From Candidatus Shapirobacteria bacterium (GTDB lineage Bacteria > Patescibacteriota > Microgenomatia > UBA12405), in contig JBAZTV010000001.1 of assembly GCA_041661765.1 (NCBI GenBank), positions 231,983-295,982 of the forward strand: a stretch of 64,000 nt of DNA, given 5' to 3'. The position numbers and the translations under genes were made by a program. The first letter of the stretch is position 1, and each line of letters starts with the position of its first letter. The notes under the pieces are model-generated. The model searched no databases. It saw only the letters and a list, made by a program, of their open reading frames with translations, and was not told the origin of the DNA. Shown in pieces: positions 9,811 through 18,861 of this stretch.

Positions 9811-11463
9811 ATGAGCAATAAGATTTATATAAAGCAAGTTAATATTGAAAACTTTAAATGTTTTAAAGGTAATTTTAATTTACCTTTAAATGAAGGCCTT
9901 AATATTATTGTCGGCGACAATGAGGCAGGTAAATCTACAATTTTAGAAGCAATTCATTTGGCATTAACAGGATTATTAAATGGAAGATATTTAAAAAACG
10001 AATTAACACAGTATCTGTTTAACCACGAAGTAGTCGATGAATATATTAAAAAAGCAAATACGGGAGATAACCCACCACTGCCATATATTTTAATCGAAGT
10101 TATTATTGCAGGCGAGGATTTATCAAAATTTGAAGGAGATAACAATTTTGAAGGGAAAAAAGAGTGTGGTATTTCTTTCAAGATTGGATTTGATGATAAA
10201 TATAAACCAGAGTATGAAGAATTTATTAAAAATGGAGACATTAAAACTATTCCTATTGAATATTATGATATTTTTTGGACTTCCTGTGCTCGTGATAATA
10301 TCACCGCAAGGAGCATACCAATTAAGTCTGCACTAATAGATTCTTCAAGTAATCATTATGAAAACGGCTCTGATATTTATATTTCAAGAATTATTAAAGA
10401 TAATTTAGAAGAAAAAGATAAAGTAAATATATCTCAAGCATACAGAAGAATGGTGGATAGCTTTATGTGTGATAATTCCGTAAAAGAAATTAGTAAAAAA
10501 ATTAAAACTGATGCAAATATTTCCACAAAAAGAGTTGAATTGTCGGTTGGTTTGTCGTCAAAAAACAGTTGGGAAAGTAGTTTAATGACTTACTTTGATG
10601 ACATACCATTTCACTACATTGGGAAAGGGGAGCAATGTATCGTAAAGACAAAATTAGCTCTAAGTCATAAAAAATCACAAGAAGCAAATATTCTTCTTCT
10701 TGAAGAACCAGAAAATCATCTTTCACATACAAAACTTAATCAATTAATTAATGAAATCAAGGAAAGTAATAGTGAAAAACAAATAATAGTTTCCACTCAT
10801 AGTAGTTTTGTGGCAAATAAATTAGGATTAGGAAATTTAATTCTATTAAATAATAAAAAAACAGTAAGATTAAATAATTTAAATGATGATACTAAAATTT
10901 TTTTTGAAAAACTCTCAGGATATGACACACTTCGTCTTATACTTTGTCAAAAGGCTATTTTAGTGGAAGGAGATTCTGATGAATTAATAATTCAAAAAGC
11001 ATTTTTAATTCAAAATGGTATGTTACCAATTGAATGCAACAAAGGAATAGATGTTATCTCTGTCGGAACAACATTTTTGAGATTTTTAGAAATTGCAAAA
11101 GAAATTGATAAATCAGTAGTAGTGGTGACAGATAATGATGGAAAACCAGATGGTGTAAAAAATAAATATACAGATTATCTCGGTGAAAATGCCAAAGATT
11201 CTATCAAAATTTGTTTCGATGAGGATGTTGATACTGGAGTATTGGAGATTGATGGAAAAGCTTTTAATTACAACACCCTTGAACCAAAAATGTTAAAAGC
11301 TAACAGCTTAGATTCTCTTAATAAAATTTTTGGAACAAATTACCAAAATACTGATGATTTACACAAATATATGCATGCGAAAAAAACTGAATGTGCTCTG
11401 AAAATATTTGAAACCAAAGAAATTGTAAAATTTCCAAAATATATTCAAGACGCAATAGCATAG
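9811..11463 (+). CDS. gajA: OLD-family ATP-dependent endonuclease (ABC ATPase + TOPRIM), Gabija GajA-like
   Basis: GDNEAGKST, GKGEQ, LLEEPENHL, STHS, VEGDSDE, TDND. Confidence 0.88.
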   Translation: MSNKIYIKQVNIENFKCFKGNFNLPLNEGLNIIVGDNEAGKSTILEAIHLALTGLLNGRYLKNELTQYLFNHEVVDEYIKKANTGDNPPLPYILIEVIIAGEDLSKFEGDNNFEGKKECGISFKIGFDDKYKPEYEEFIKNGDIKTIPIEYYDIFWTSCARDNITARSIPIKSALIDSSSNHYENGSDIYISRIIKDNLEEKDKVNISQAYRRMVDSFMCDNSVKEISKKIKTDANISTKRVELSVGLSSKNSWESSLMTYFDDIPFHYIGKGEQCIVKTKLALSHKKSQEANILLLEEPENHLSHTKLNQLINEIKESNSEKQIIVSTHSSFVANKLGLGNLILLNNKKTVRLNNLNDDTKIFFEKLSGYDTLRLILCQKAILVEGDSDELIIQKAFLIQNGMLPIECNKGIDVISVGTTFLRFLEIAKEIDKSVVVVTDNDGKPDGVKNKYTDYLGENAKDSIKICFDEDVDTGVLEIDGKAFNYNTLEPKMLKANSLDSLNKIFGTNYQNTDDLHKYMHAKKTECALKIFETKEIVKFPKYIQDAIA

Positions 11464-11465
11464 AT

Positions 11466-12656
11466 ATGCACGGTAATAATAAATTAATTATTGCTGTTGC
11501 CGGCTCTGGTAAAACAACCTTTCTTATAAATGAAGCACTTAAGAAGAAAGATGGCCACATACTTATAACTACTTATACAATTGCAAATTGTGAAGAAATA
11601 AGAAAAAAAATTATTAAAAAAAGTGGTTATATTCCTCAAAATATAGAAATACAAACTTGGTTTTCACTTCTAATTCAACATGGAGTAAAGCCATTCCAGT
11701 CACATTTTGATAAAGGATTATCAGACTTTAAAATAAAAGGACTACTTTTAACTAATACAAAATCTGCAGTTAAATATACGAACTCAAAAGGGATACCAGT
11801 CTGTTATGAAGAATCTGAAATAAAAAAACATTTTTTTACACCAAACAATAGAATCTATTCTGATAAACTCGCAAAGTTTGTTGTCGGTGGTGGAGATAGA
11901 TTTAGAAAAACAAAAGAAAGAAAATTTTTTGTCGATCTTATGATTAATCGGCTATCAAAAATTTATTCAGATATTTATATTGATGAAGTTCAAGATCTGG
12001 CTGGGTATGATTTGATTTTTTTACAATACCTTTTTAAAAGTTCAATCAATGTTTTGATGGTTTGTGACCCAAGGCAAGTAACATATTTAACTCATCATGA
12101 AACAAAGTTTAAACAATATAAAGATGGAAAAATTAAAGAATTTATCAAAACTGATAACAAAAAATATTTTAAGGATGAAGATATTGACGAAACTTCCCTA
12201 AGGGTTTCACATAGAAATAATAATGCTATCTGTAAATTGTCTTCAAAATTATTTCCAGAATACGTTTATTCTGAACCTTGTACTTGTTTTGAATGTAGAA
12301 AATCTGACAGTGAAGATCACATTGGAGTTTTTATAGTCAAAAAATGTGATGTCAAAAAATATCTTTCCACTTATAATCCAATGCAGTTAAGAGACAAAAA
12401 AACAGTATTGGTTAATGAAAAATTTGATGTTGCAAATTTTGGCGAATCCAAAGGATTAACTTTTAATAGAGTTCTTATTTATCCAACAAAAGAATTTATC
12501 AAATGGTTAAAAGACGATAAGTATAAGTTAGCCCCAACAAGTAGATCGAAATTCTACGTCGCCATAACAAGAGCAATTTACAGTGTCGGAATTATTTGTG
12601 ATGAAAAAATAGAGATTGCAGATGTGAATGAATTTATAAATACATTACCAAATTAA
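11466..12656 (+). CDS. gajB: UvrD-like helicase, Gabija GajB-like
   Basis: AVAGSGKTT, DEVQD, DPRQ, SKGLTF, YVAITRA; 2 bp downstream of the OLD nuclease. Confidence 0.85.
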   Translation: MHGNNKLIIAVAGSGKTTFLINEALKKKDGHILITTYTIANCEEIRKKIIKKSGYIPQNIEIQTWFSLLIQHGVKPFQSHFDKGLSDFKIKGLLLTNTKSAVKYTNSKGIPVCYEESEIKKHFFTPNNRIYSDKLAKFVVGGGDRFRKTKERKFFVDLMINRLSKIYSDIYIDEVQDLAGYDLIFLQYLFKSSINVLMVCDPRQVTYLTHHETKFKQYKDGKIKEFIKTDNKKYFKDEDIDETSLRVSHRNNNAICKLSSKLFPEYVYSEPCTCFECRKSDSEDHIGVFIVKKCDVKKYLSTYNPMQLRDKKTVLVNEKFDVANFGESKGLTFNRVLIYPTKEFIKWLKDDKYKLAPTSRSKFYVAITRAIYSVGIICDEKIEIADVNEFINTLPN

Positions 12657-12665
12657 TAGTTCTTT

Positions 12666-12890
12666 CTATAATCTAAATAACTCCGAAACATCAACTTTCA
12701 ATTTTTTAGCAATCTTTAAGAGTACTTCCATTGATGGATTTATTCTTCCTTGTTCAATGTGGCCGATATGAGTTCTACTTAAACCCAAAGCTTCAGCAAA
12801 TTCTTCCTGACTCTTGTAGCCAATTTGTTTTCTTAGTTTTTGAATAGTCTTTCCCAACCTTTTAGTAACCTTTCTCTTTGTTATAACCAT
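12666..12890 (-). CDS. Xre-family HTH regulator (R-M controller-like)
   Basis: SQEEFAEALGLSRTHIGHIEQGRINPS. Confidence 0.9.
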   Translation of the reverse strand: MVITKRKVTKRLGKTIQKLRKQIGYKSQEEFAEALGLSRTHIGHIEQGRINPSMEVLLKIAKKLKVDVSELFRL

Positions 12891-13007
12891 GCTTGGATTA
12901 TGTCTAGCTATGAGGAGAAACTCTACTAGCTTAAAGCGAGCAATTAGGTATAAATAATGTATAATCTCGTTTAGAAGTCCTATTACAAATTTTTTAATAT
13001 AAACAAT

Positions 13008-13286
13008 ATGACCAACCCTTATTGGGACAAGATTAAAAAAACTGTGTCAGAGATTGATAATCTTGTTAATAACAATTCAAAGAAAGACATCCAATTTAAG
13101 AAACCAACAAAAATATTTTTTGGCAAAAAATGTCTCAAGTGTAATAGTCGTAATGTCAAAACTATAAAAGCTGGATTTATGAAACATCTAATGCAACAAA
13201 ATGTTGCCATTTGGGTACCAGGAGCCAAAATATCAAAACCTTTAAATGTTTGCCGTGATTGTGGTTTCTCTTGGGAAGACCGTTAA
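13008..13286 (+). CDS. Small Zn-ribbon protein
   Basis: CLKCNS ... CRDCGFSW. Confidence 0.65.
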   Translation: MTNPYWDKIKKTVSEIDNLVNNNSKKDIQFKKPTKIFFGKKCLKCNSRNVKTIKAGFMKHLMQQNVAIWVPGAKISKPLNVCRDCGFSWEDR

Positions 13287-13619
13287 TTGTCTCGTAGCCG
13301 AGACAGATGAAATAGTAAGTACCAATTTATATACTATTGTATAGGACTATATAATATATAATGGAAACATAGGTAATAACTCTCAGGAAGTCGTTTGAAA
13401 AATAAAGCAGACTCAATTATAGATTTAACTATTAAAACTTATTCTACGAGGCTACATGAAGCCACAATAGTGTTCTTAATTAAATACCAAGAATAGTTTT
13501 GTTGATTATCATTAGTTTCACTTGGAAAGATAAACATTTGTCACGCAGGCGTGACAAATTAAAAACATGTTCAACTTGGGTCCTTGTTTCCCAAACAAAA
13601 CACAAATATAATTAAGAAG

Positions 13620-14924
13620 ATGAATAGTAAATTTACTTTTATAGATCTGTTTGCTGGTATCGGTGGATTTAGAATCGCATTAGAAAGATGTGGTGGTAAA
13701 TGTTTAGGTTTTTCTGAAATAGAACCCAAAGCTATTGAGACCTATAAAGAAAATTTCATAAAAAAGAATGACAATGAGTGGGAACTTGGCGATATACAAA
13801 AAATAAATAAATTACCTACACCAGTTGATGTAATTGTCGGTGGTGTGCCGTGTCAGTCTTGGTCTGTCGCTGGGAAAATGAGAGGATTTGAAGACCCACG
13901 CGGTAAATTATGGCACGATGCTATAAGATTAGTGAAATTAAACAGACCAAAAGTTTTTGTATTTGAAAATGTCAAAGGATTAGCCGATCCAAGAAATAAA
14001 GAGAATTTAAATCTTATAGTTAATAGTTTTAAAGAATTAGGTTATACCATACCAACTCCTCAACTTTTAAATTCATATGATTTTGGTCTTCCACAAAATA
14101 GAGAAAGAATATTTATTGTTGGTTTTAACAATGATGTCATTTCTGATTTAAATTTTTCTTATCCCAAAAAACGTAATATTGAATTTAGATTATCAGATTT
14201 TCTAGATGGTCTTGAACAAAAAACCGTTATAAAGAAAAAAATAAATCCAAAAGAATTATTTGACGGTAAAATACCTCTATCAAGAAATAAATTTCAAGTA
14301 AATGATGAATTAAATGATTTTTTTGTCTTTTGTGACGCTAGGAATGGTCACAGTACTATTCACTCTTGGGACCTTATTCCAACTAGTAATAGAGAAAAAG
14401 AAATTTGTTATGCCATAATGAGAAATCGTAGAAAAAAAGTTTATGGGGAAAAAGATGGTAACCCATTAGGATTTAAGGATATTGATGACCTAGTTTCTAA
14501 CCTTAAAAAAGAAGAATTAGAAGGGTTAGTTCTTAAAAGAATACTTAGAAAAGTAGAAGGTGGAAAATTTGACTTGGTAAACTCAAAAAATTCTTCTGGT
14601 ATTAATGGAATCTATCGGGTATTTTTACCAAATTCAAAAATATTTTCTACTATCACTGCCACTGGAACTCGTGATCATGTCGCTACTGTCACAATAAGTG
14701 GTCGCACCCCAGAAGAATATCGACGAAATTTCATTAAAAAAGTGTATGAAAAAGGGAATTTTAGACAAATTACTCCAAGAGAGGCCGGATTATTACAGGG
14801 GTTTGGACATAATTTTAAACTTAACAGACAAGATAGAATCTCCCTTAAACAATTTGGTAATGCTGTTTCAGTAAATGTTGTCTATGCTCTAATGGAATCT
14901 ATAATTAAGACTGGTATTTTTTGA
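13620..14924 (+). CDS. DNA (cytosine-5)-methyltransferase (start likely ATG 13620)
   Basis: DLFAGIGG, PCQ, FENVKG, QNRERIF, FGNAV; long variable region. Confidence 0.95.
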   Translation: MNSKFTFIDLFAGIGGFRIALERCGGKCLGFSEIEPKAIETYKENFIKKNDNEWELGDIQKINKLPTPVDVIVGGVPCQSWSVAGKMRGFEDPRGKLWHDAIRLVKLNRPKVFVFENVKGLADPRNKENLNLIVNSFKELGYTIPTPQLLNSYDFGLPQNRERIFIVGFNNDVISDLNFSYPKKRNIEFRLSDFLDGLEQKTVIKKKINPKELFDGKIPLSRNKFQVNDELNDFFVFCDARNGHSTIHSWDLIPTSNREKEICYAIMRNRRKKVYGEKDGNPLGFKDIDDLVSNLKKEELEGLVLKRILRKVEGGKFDLVNSKNSSGINGIYRVFLPNSKIFSTITATGTRDHVATVTISGRTPEEYRRNFIKKVYEKGNFRQITPREAGLLQGFGHNFKLNRQDRISLKQFGNAVSVNVVYALMESIIKTGIF

Positions 14925-14946
14925 ATAAATAAGCCATAATCAGGAT

Positions 14947-15669
14947 GTGATAAGCGAAAAACAAAAAAGTGAATTTTTATTGCGTTTAGGTAAATGGGTA
15001 ACCGATGATTTTGCCAAAAAATATGAGAATAATATTAGAAAATGTTCAAAATTATCAGAGTTTAAGGTTAATCCGCTACTTTTACCATTTCTTTCTCTCA
15101 CTTTTACTGGGAATGTTGATCCAGAAAGTTTAGCCAAAGTCCTAGTTTACCCACGAGTACTCAGCACTTCAATTACCACTACATTTGGAACAGGATTACA
15201 GAGATTTATAACTGATGCTTGGAATGAAATCTGTGGAGGATCTGGTTTATCTGGAATCGATATAGAATTTACAGATCAGATTGAAGGTGGTAAAAAATAT
15301 GCTCAAATTAAACTTGGGCCAAATACCATTAATAAAGATGATGTGAAGACTATTACTGATCATTTTAAGGGTGCACTTAATTTAAGTAGGACAAATAATC
15401 TTAAAATTAAACACGAAGACTTAGTTGTTGGTGTTGTTTATGGTAAAGAATCGGAGAAGAACGCCAACCTTAAAAAATTAGATACAGAATACACAGTCTT
15501 AATAGGTCAAGATTTTTGGTATCACTTAACTGGTGACAAGGATTTTTATAATGAAATGAAGAAAACAATATTTACCTCGTCAGAAAAAATATGTCTAAAA
15601 GATGATATTGAAAAAGCTATTAAAGAACTATCAAAATCTATTAACAAAGACAGAATTTTATCAGCTTAA
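14947..15669 (+). CDS. Type II restriction endonuclease (PmeII/EcoO109I-like)
   Basis: TTTFGTGLQ...GIDIEF...QIKLGPNTINKDD...GQDFW; directly follows the C5 MTase. Confidence 0.8.
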   Translation: MISEKQKSEFLLRLGKWVTDDFAKKYENNIRKCSKLSEFKVNPLLLPFLSLTFTGNVDPESLAKVLVYPRVLSTSITTTFGTGLQRFITDAWNEICGGSGLSGIDIEFTDQIEGGKKYAQIKLGPNTINKDDVKTITDHFKGALNLSRTNNLKIKHEDLVVGVVYGKESEKNANLKKLDTEYTVLIGQDFWYHLTGDKDFYNEMKKTIFTSSEKICLKDDIEKAIKELSKSINKDRILSA

Positions 15670-16059
15670 TTTAGTGTCACGACACAATATTTTATTTTTT
15701 TATTTTTATTAATTGTCTCAGCGTCGAGACAATTTTCACGCCAGCGTGAAGAATAGACTATTAAAGTTTTCAAGGTTTTTCCCATTTCCAAAGAAGTGAC
15801 TACGATACAAAGTGGCGAATCAAAAAACAGAATTTCCGAACAGGGGGTGTTTCAAAGTTTTCGGCTTTGCAATAAACAGACTAACAGTATTCAAGTTTAA
15901 CCATAGATTTATAAACATATTATTACTATCTATAACAAACTAATACATATCTAAAAATTAGCTACAAATTAGCAATTAATTCCAGTCATGTTAAACGTTG
16001 GTAATGGTTCATAGTGAGTCATATTGTAGGTTCGGATATCGTCTATTACGCAGAGCACA

Positions 16060-16461
16060 ATGAATTTTACAGAATGGTTTTCTATACTATCAATAATTGT
16101 TGGAATTATACTCTTTGGTTGGGATATTTATTTACTTGGTGAATCAAAAAAACAGAAGGCAGTTTTTGACAAAGAAAAAGAAATTCATAAATCTCAAGTA
16201 AAAATATGGCAACATTATGCAAATGGACTCAGCAATTCTCTATTAAATTTAGGATTTTCTGCAGAAAGAGAACAAAATTCAAAATTAGAACAGGCGATTA
16301 AATCATTACAGACAGTATCATTTTATCTTTATAAATCATTAAATGAAGAAAGATTATTTTCCGAAGAAGAAATAAAAAAACAACAACTAGAAACAGAAAG
16401 TCAGTATAAACAATTTTTTAATAAACCTAAAGTAAGTACAGAAATTCCACTAGACAAGTAA
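16060..16461 (+). CDS. Hypothetical protein with N-terminal TM helix and coiled coil
   Basis: ORF track; hydrophobic residues 5-27. Confidence 0.7.
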   Translation: MNFTEWFSILSIIVGIILFGWDIYLLGESKKQKAVFDKEKEIHKSQVKIWQHYANGLSNSLLNLGFSAEREQNSKLEQAIKSLQTVSFYLYKSLNEERLFSEEEIKKQQLETESQYKQFFNKPKVSTEIPLDK

Positions 16462-16514
16462 GATTTTTCTTCACATTTGGTCTAAGACGACTAGTATTTT
16501 GGTATAATCAAAGT

Positions 16515-16820
16515 ATGTCCAAGAATCCTATTATTAACGCCTTCAGCGCTTCAGTGTATATCATCCTCGTTGTCACTATTATGACCTTTGTGACAAAACC
16601 TTTACAAAATAAACCCGACACCTTTTTCGCTCCAATCACATTTTTATCACTGCTTACTCTTTCTGTCGTTGTAATGGCATTTCTATTTTTTTACCAACCA
16701 CTGCAGCTTTTTATTGAAGGAAAGAAAAAAGAAGCGGTAAACCTTTTTGTCAAAACTGTTGGTATATTCGCAGCATTTACGGCTGTGATTTTGATACTGC
16801 TTTTTTCTGGTCTAATCTAG
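16515..16820 (+). CDS. Small membrane protein
   Basis: Three hydrophobic segments; TATAAT 6 nt upstream of ATG. Confidence 0.75.
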   Translation: MSKNPIINAFSASVYIILVVTIMTFVTKPLQNKPDTFFAPITFLSLLTLSVVVMAFLFFYQPLQLFIEGKKKEAVNLFVKTVGIFAAFTAVILILLFSGLI

Positions 16821-16836
16821 ATTAGGGTAATAAAAA

Positions 16837-17286
16837 TTATTTACCTAACCTTTCCAATATTTGTTTCATTTGACCAATCTCTGATTGCTGAGAGGGAATA
16901 ATTTTTTGACACAATTGTTTAATTTCAGGATCATCAAAAGATGCGTTCTTACACATTAATATTGCTCCAGAATGATGAGGAATCATAGATTTTAAAAATT
17001 GCTTATTATCTATTGCAGTCTGTTTTCTAATAAAAATAAAAAATAATATAAATATAGAAATACCGACACACATTAAAACATTTTTAGTTAAGTTTTTATA
17101 CATAACACCCATAAATAAAATTTCCAAGATCAACATCGGAGCAGTCATAATTCCGGCCATATATAATTGATTTAAATTGGGGTATATATCAACAAATTTA
17201 TAAACCATAACATACATTAGTATGTACATAGCCAAAAAATGGAGAAATACCATCAGTGATAAACCGACAAAAGAAGTATGTTTCAT
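16837..17286 (-). CDS. DUF305-domain membrane protein
   Basis: FLKSMIPHHSGAILM...SQQSEIGQM. Confidence 0.8.
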   Translation of the reverse strand: MKHTSFVGLSLMVFLHFLAMYILMYVMVYKFVDIYPNLNQLYMAGIMTAPMLILEILFMGVMYKNLTKNVLMCVGISIFILFFIFIRKQTAIDNKQFLKSMIPHHSGAILMCKNASFDDPEIKQLCQKIIPSQQSEIGQMKQILERLGK

Positions 17287-17288
17287 AA

Positions 17289-17498
17289 TTATCGTTTTAA
17301 TTTTTTATTAGTTTTAACCCCAAATAATTTATAGACTAAGCAAAATCCAGTTAATCCAGTAAAGATCGCTAATATCCCAATTACCAAAGCTACTATTTGT
17401 AGTGTTCCAGTAAATACAAATAAAGCCAGCCATAAGACCACCACTCCTACTACCAATCTTATTTTTTTATCCGTTTTACTTTCATTTTGTTGAAACAT
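17289..17498 (-). CDS. DUF2892/YgaP-like membrane protein
   Basis: N..DKKIRLVVG...TGLTGFCLVYKLFG. Confidence 0.85.
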   Translation of the reverse strand: MFQQNESKTDKKIRLVVGVVVLWLALFVFTGTLQIVALVIGILAIFTGLTGFCLVYKLFGVKTNKKLKR

Positions 17499-17670
17499 AT
17501 TTTTATTTAATTAATAATTTTTATCATCTACTTTTAATGATTCCATAAAATTATTAAATTTTCTTCAACATTTTTAAAAACAGTTCTGCTCAACGAGCCA
17601 ATCAAACCTCACCCATATCTTTAAGGATTTTTTTATAGAAATATTTTTTATAAAGAATTTAGATTATACT

Positions 17671-18042
17671 TTGTATATGAACAAACAATTTTTCAAAGAT
17701 GCTCTAGATTGGGGATTTTTACTGTGGTTATCTGGTTATGTTCTCGGCATTATTCTTTTTATGATTATTCCCAAACCATATCTCGGTTGGATTATTATGC
17801 CAATTGGTAGTGCGTTTACACTTTGGGTTTTATTTAAAAAAATAAAAAATAATTCTCTTAAATATTATTTTTTATTAGCTTTTAATTGGGCATTAATCGC
17901 TATCATTTGTGATTATTTTTTTCTGGTAAAACTTTTTAAATCCACCGACTATTATTCATTTCATATTTATCTCTATTATTTCCTAACTTTTGTCTTTCCG
18001 TTATCTGTTGGTTTGTACAAGAACATTGGTAAAAAAAGATAA
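17671..18042 (+). CDS. Membrane protein
   Basis: Four hydrophobic segments. Confidence 0.7.
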   Translation: MYMNKQFFKDALDWGFLLWLSGYVLGIILFMIIPKPYLGWIIMPIGSAFTLWVLFKKIKNNSLKYYFLLAFNWALIAIICDYFFLVKLFKSTDYYSFHIYLYYFLTFVFPLSVGLYKNIGKKR

Positions 18043-18060
18043 TTGTATTATCATAAAGAA

Positions 18061-18300
18061 ATGAAAACAGAAAATAAAAAAACAGAATGTTGTTGTGAAG
18101 AAAAAATCGTTGTTAAAAAAAATAAGTGCCATTGTACTAGTGGTGGTTCTAACGCAATTTATGGGTTGGGAGTTATTGGTGCTCTCTTTTATTTTCTAAA
18201 TACTGCTACCAGTTTTAGTTTAGTTTTAATTGGAATTGGAAAATCAATTTTTTGGCCAGCTATTTTGATGTTCAAACTACTGACTTATCTTCAGATGTAA
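18061..18300 (+). CDS. Small membrane protein with Cys-rich N-terminus
   Basis: ECCCEE..KCHC then YGLGVIGALFYF...WPA; ATG at 18061. Confidence 0.7.
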   Translation: MKTENKKTECCCEEKIVVKKNKCHCTSGGSNAIYGLGVIGALFYFLNTATSFSLVLIGIGKSIFWPAILMFKLLTYLQM

Positions 18301-18347
18301 TTTTTTAACATTAAATTCTTGCCAAATAATTTTAAAAGTCGTATCAT

Positions 18348-18629
18348 ATGAACATGCATTCATATGATAATAAGGAATTATCTACCTTACTTAAATTAAT
18401 TTCTGAGAACAGCCGTCTTCAAATTTTATATCTTCTCCAAAAAGGGGAGTATTGTGTTTGTAAATTAATAAAAGAAACCAAATTATCTCAAAGTCTTATT
18501 TCTCATCATCTAAAAGATCTAAAAAATGTAGATTTAGTTTCCAAAAGAATTGATGGTAAATGGTCTCATTATTCTCTTACTCCAAAAGGTCAAGAAATTA
18601 CTAATTTAATTTTTAAAATAAAAATATGA
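18348..18629 (+). CDS. arsR: ArsR/SmtB transcriptional repressor
   Basis: SRLQIL, EYCVCKL metal-binding box, SQSLISHHLKDL. Confidence 0.9.
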   Translation: MNMHSYDNKELSTLLKLISENSRLQILYLLQKGEYCVCKLIKETKLSQSLISHHLKDLKNVDLVSKRIDGKWSHYSLTPKGQEITNLIFKIKI

Positions 18630-18859
18630 AAATCCAAGTTTTAGGTTCAGGTTGTCCAACCTGTAAAAATCTTTACGAATTAACTAAAACTGCTGTTTCA
18701 GAGTTGGGGATTGATGCTGAAGTTGAATATTCAACCGATATTTCCAAAATTATTGAGCTTGGTGTCATGCAATCACCAGTTCTCACTATTAATAATAAGG
18801 TTACTATGCTTGGATCTGGTAGTTTAGAAAAAATTAAAGAAATTATTAAAAAAGCCTAA
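18626..18859 (+). CDS. MTH895/ArsE-like small thioredoxin-fold protein
   Basis: MKIQVLGSGCPTC...GVMQSPVL. Confidence 0.88.
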   Translation: MKIQVLGSGCPTCKNLYELTKTAVSELGIDAEVEYSTDISKIIELGVMQSPVLTINNKVTMLGSGSLEKIKEIIKKA

Positions 18860-18861
18860 CT

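Larger units (their letters stand above)
4746..16056. mobile_element. tRNA-Asn-anchored genomic/defence island with a large serine recombinase (may extend to ~16497)
   Basis: Begins at the tRNA 3' end; contains LSR, wHTH/HTH genes, Gabija and R-M; candidate att cores GAGC at 4743, 6529 and 16053. Confidence 0.8.

Noticed and set aside
14922-14924. Possible TGA recoding (genetic code 25)
   Set aside because: Long conserved genes translate intact under code 11, and TGA ends the MTase after motif X as expected
16027-16058. GGTTCG suggesting a second tRNA or an exact tRNA 3' duplication
   Set aside because: No cloverleaf and no exact repeat of the tRNA-Asn end; treated instead as a candidate att site
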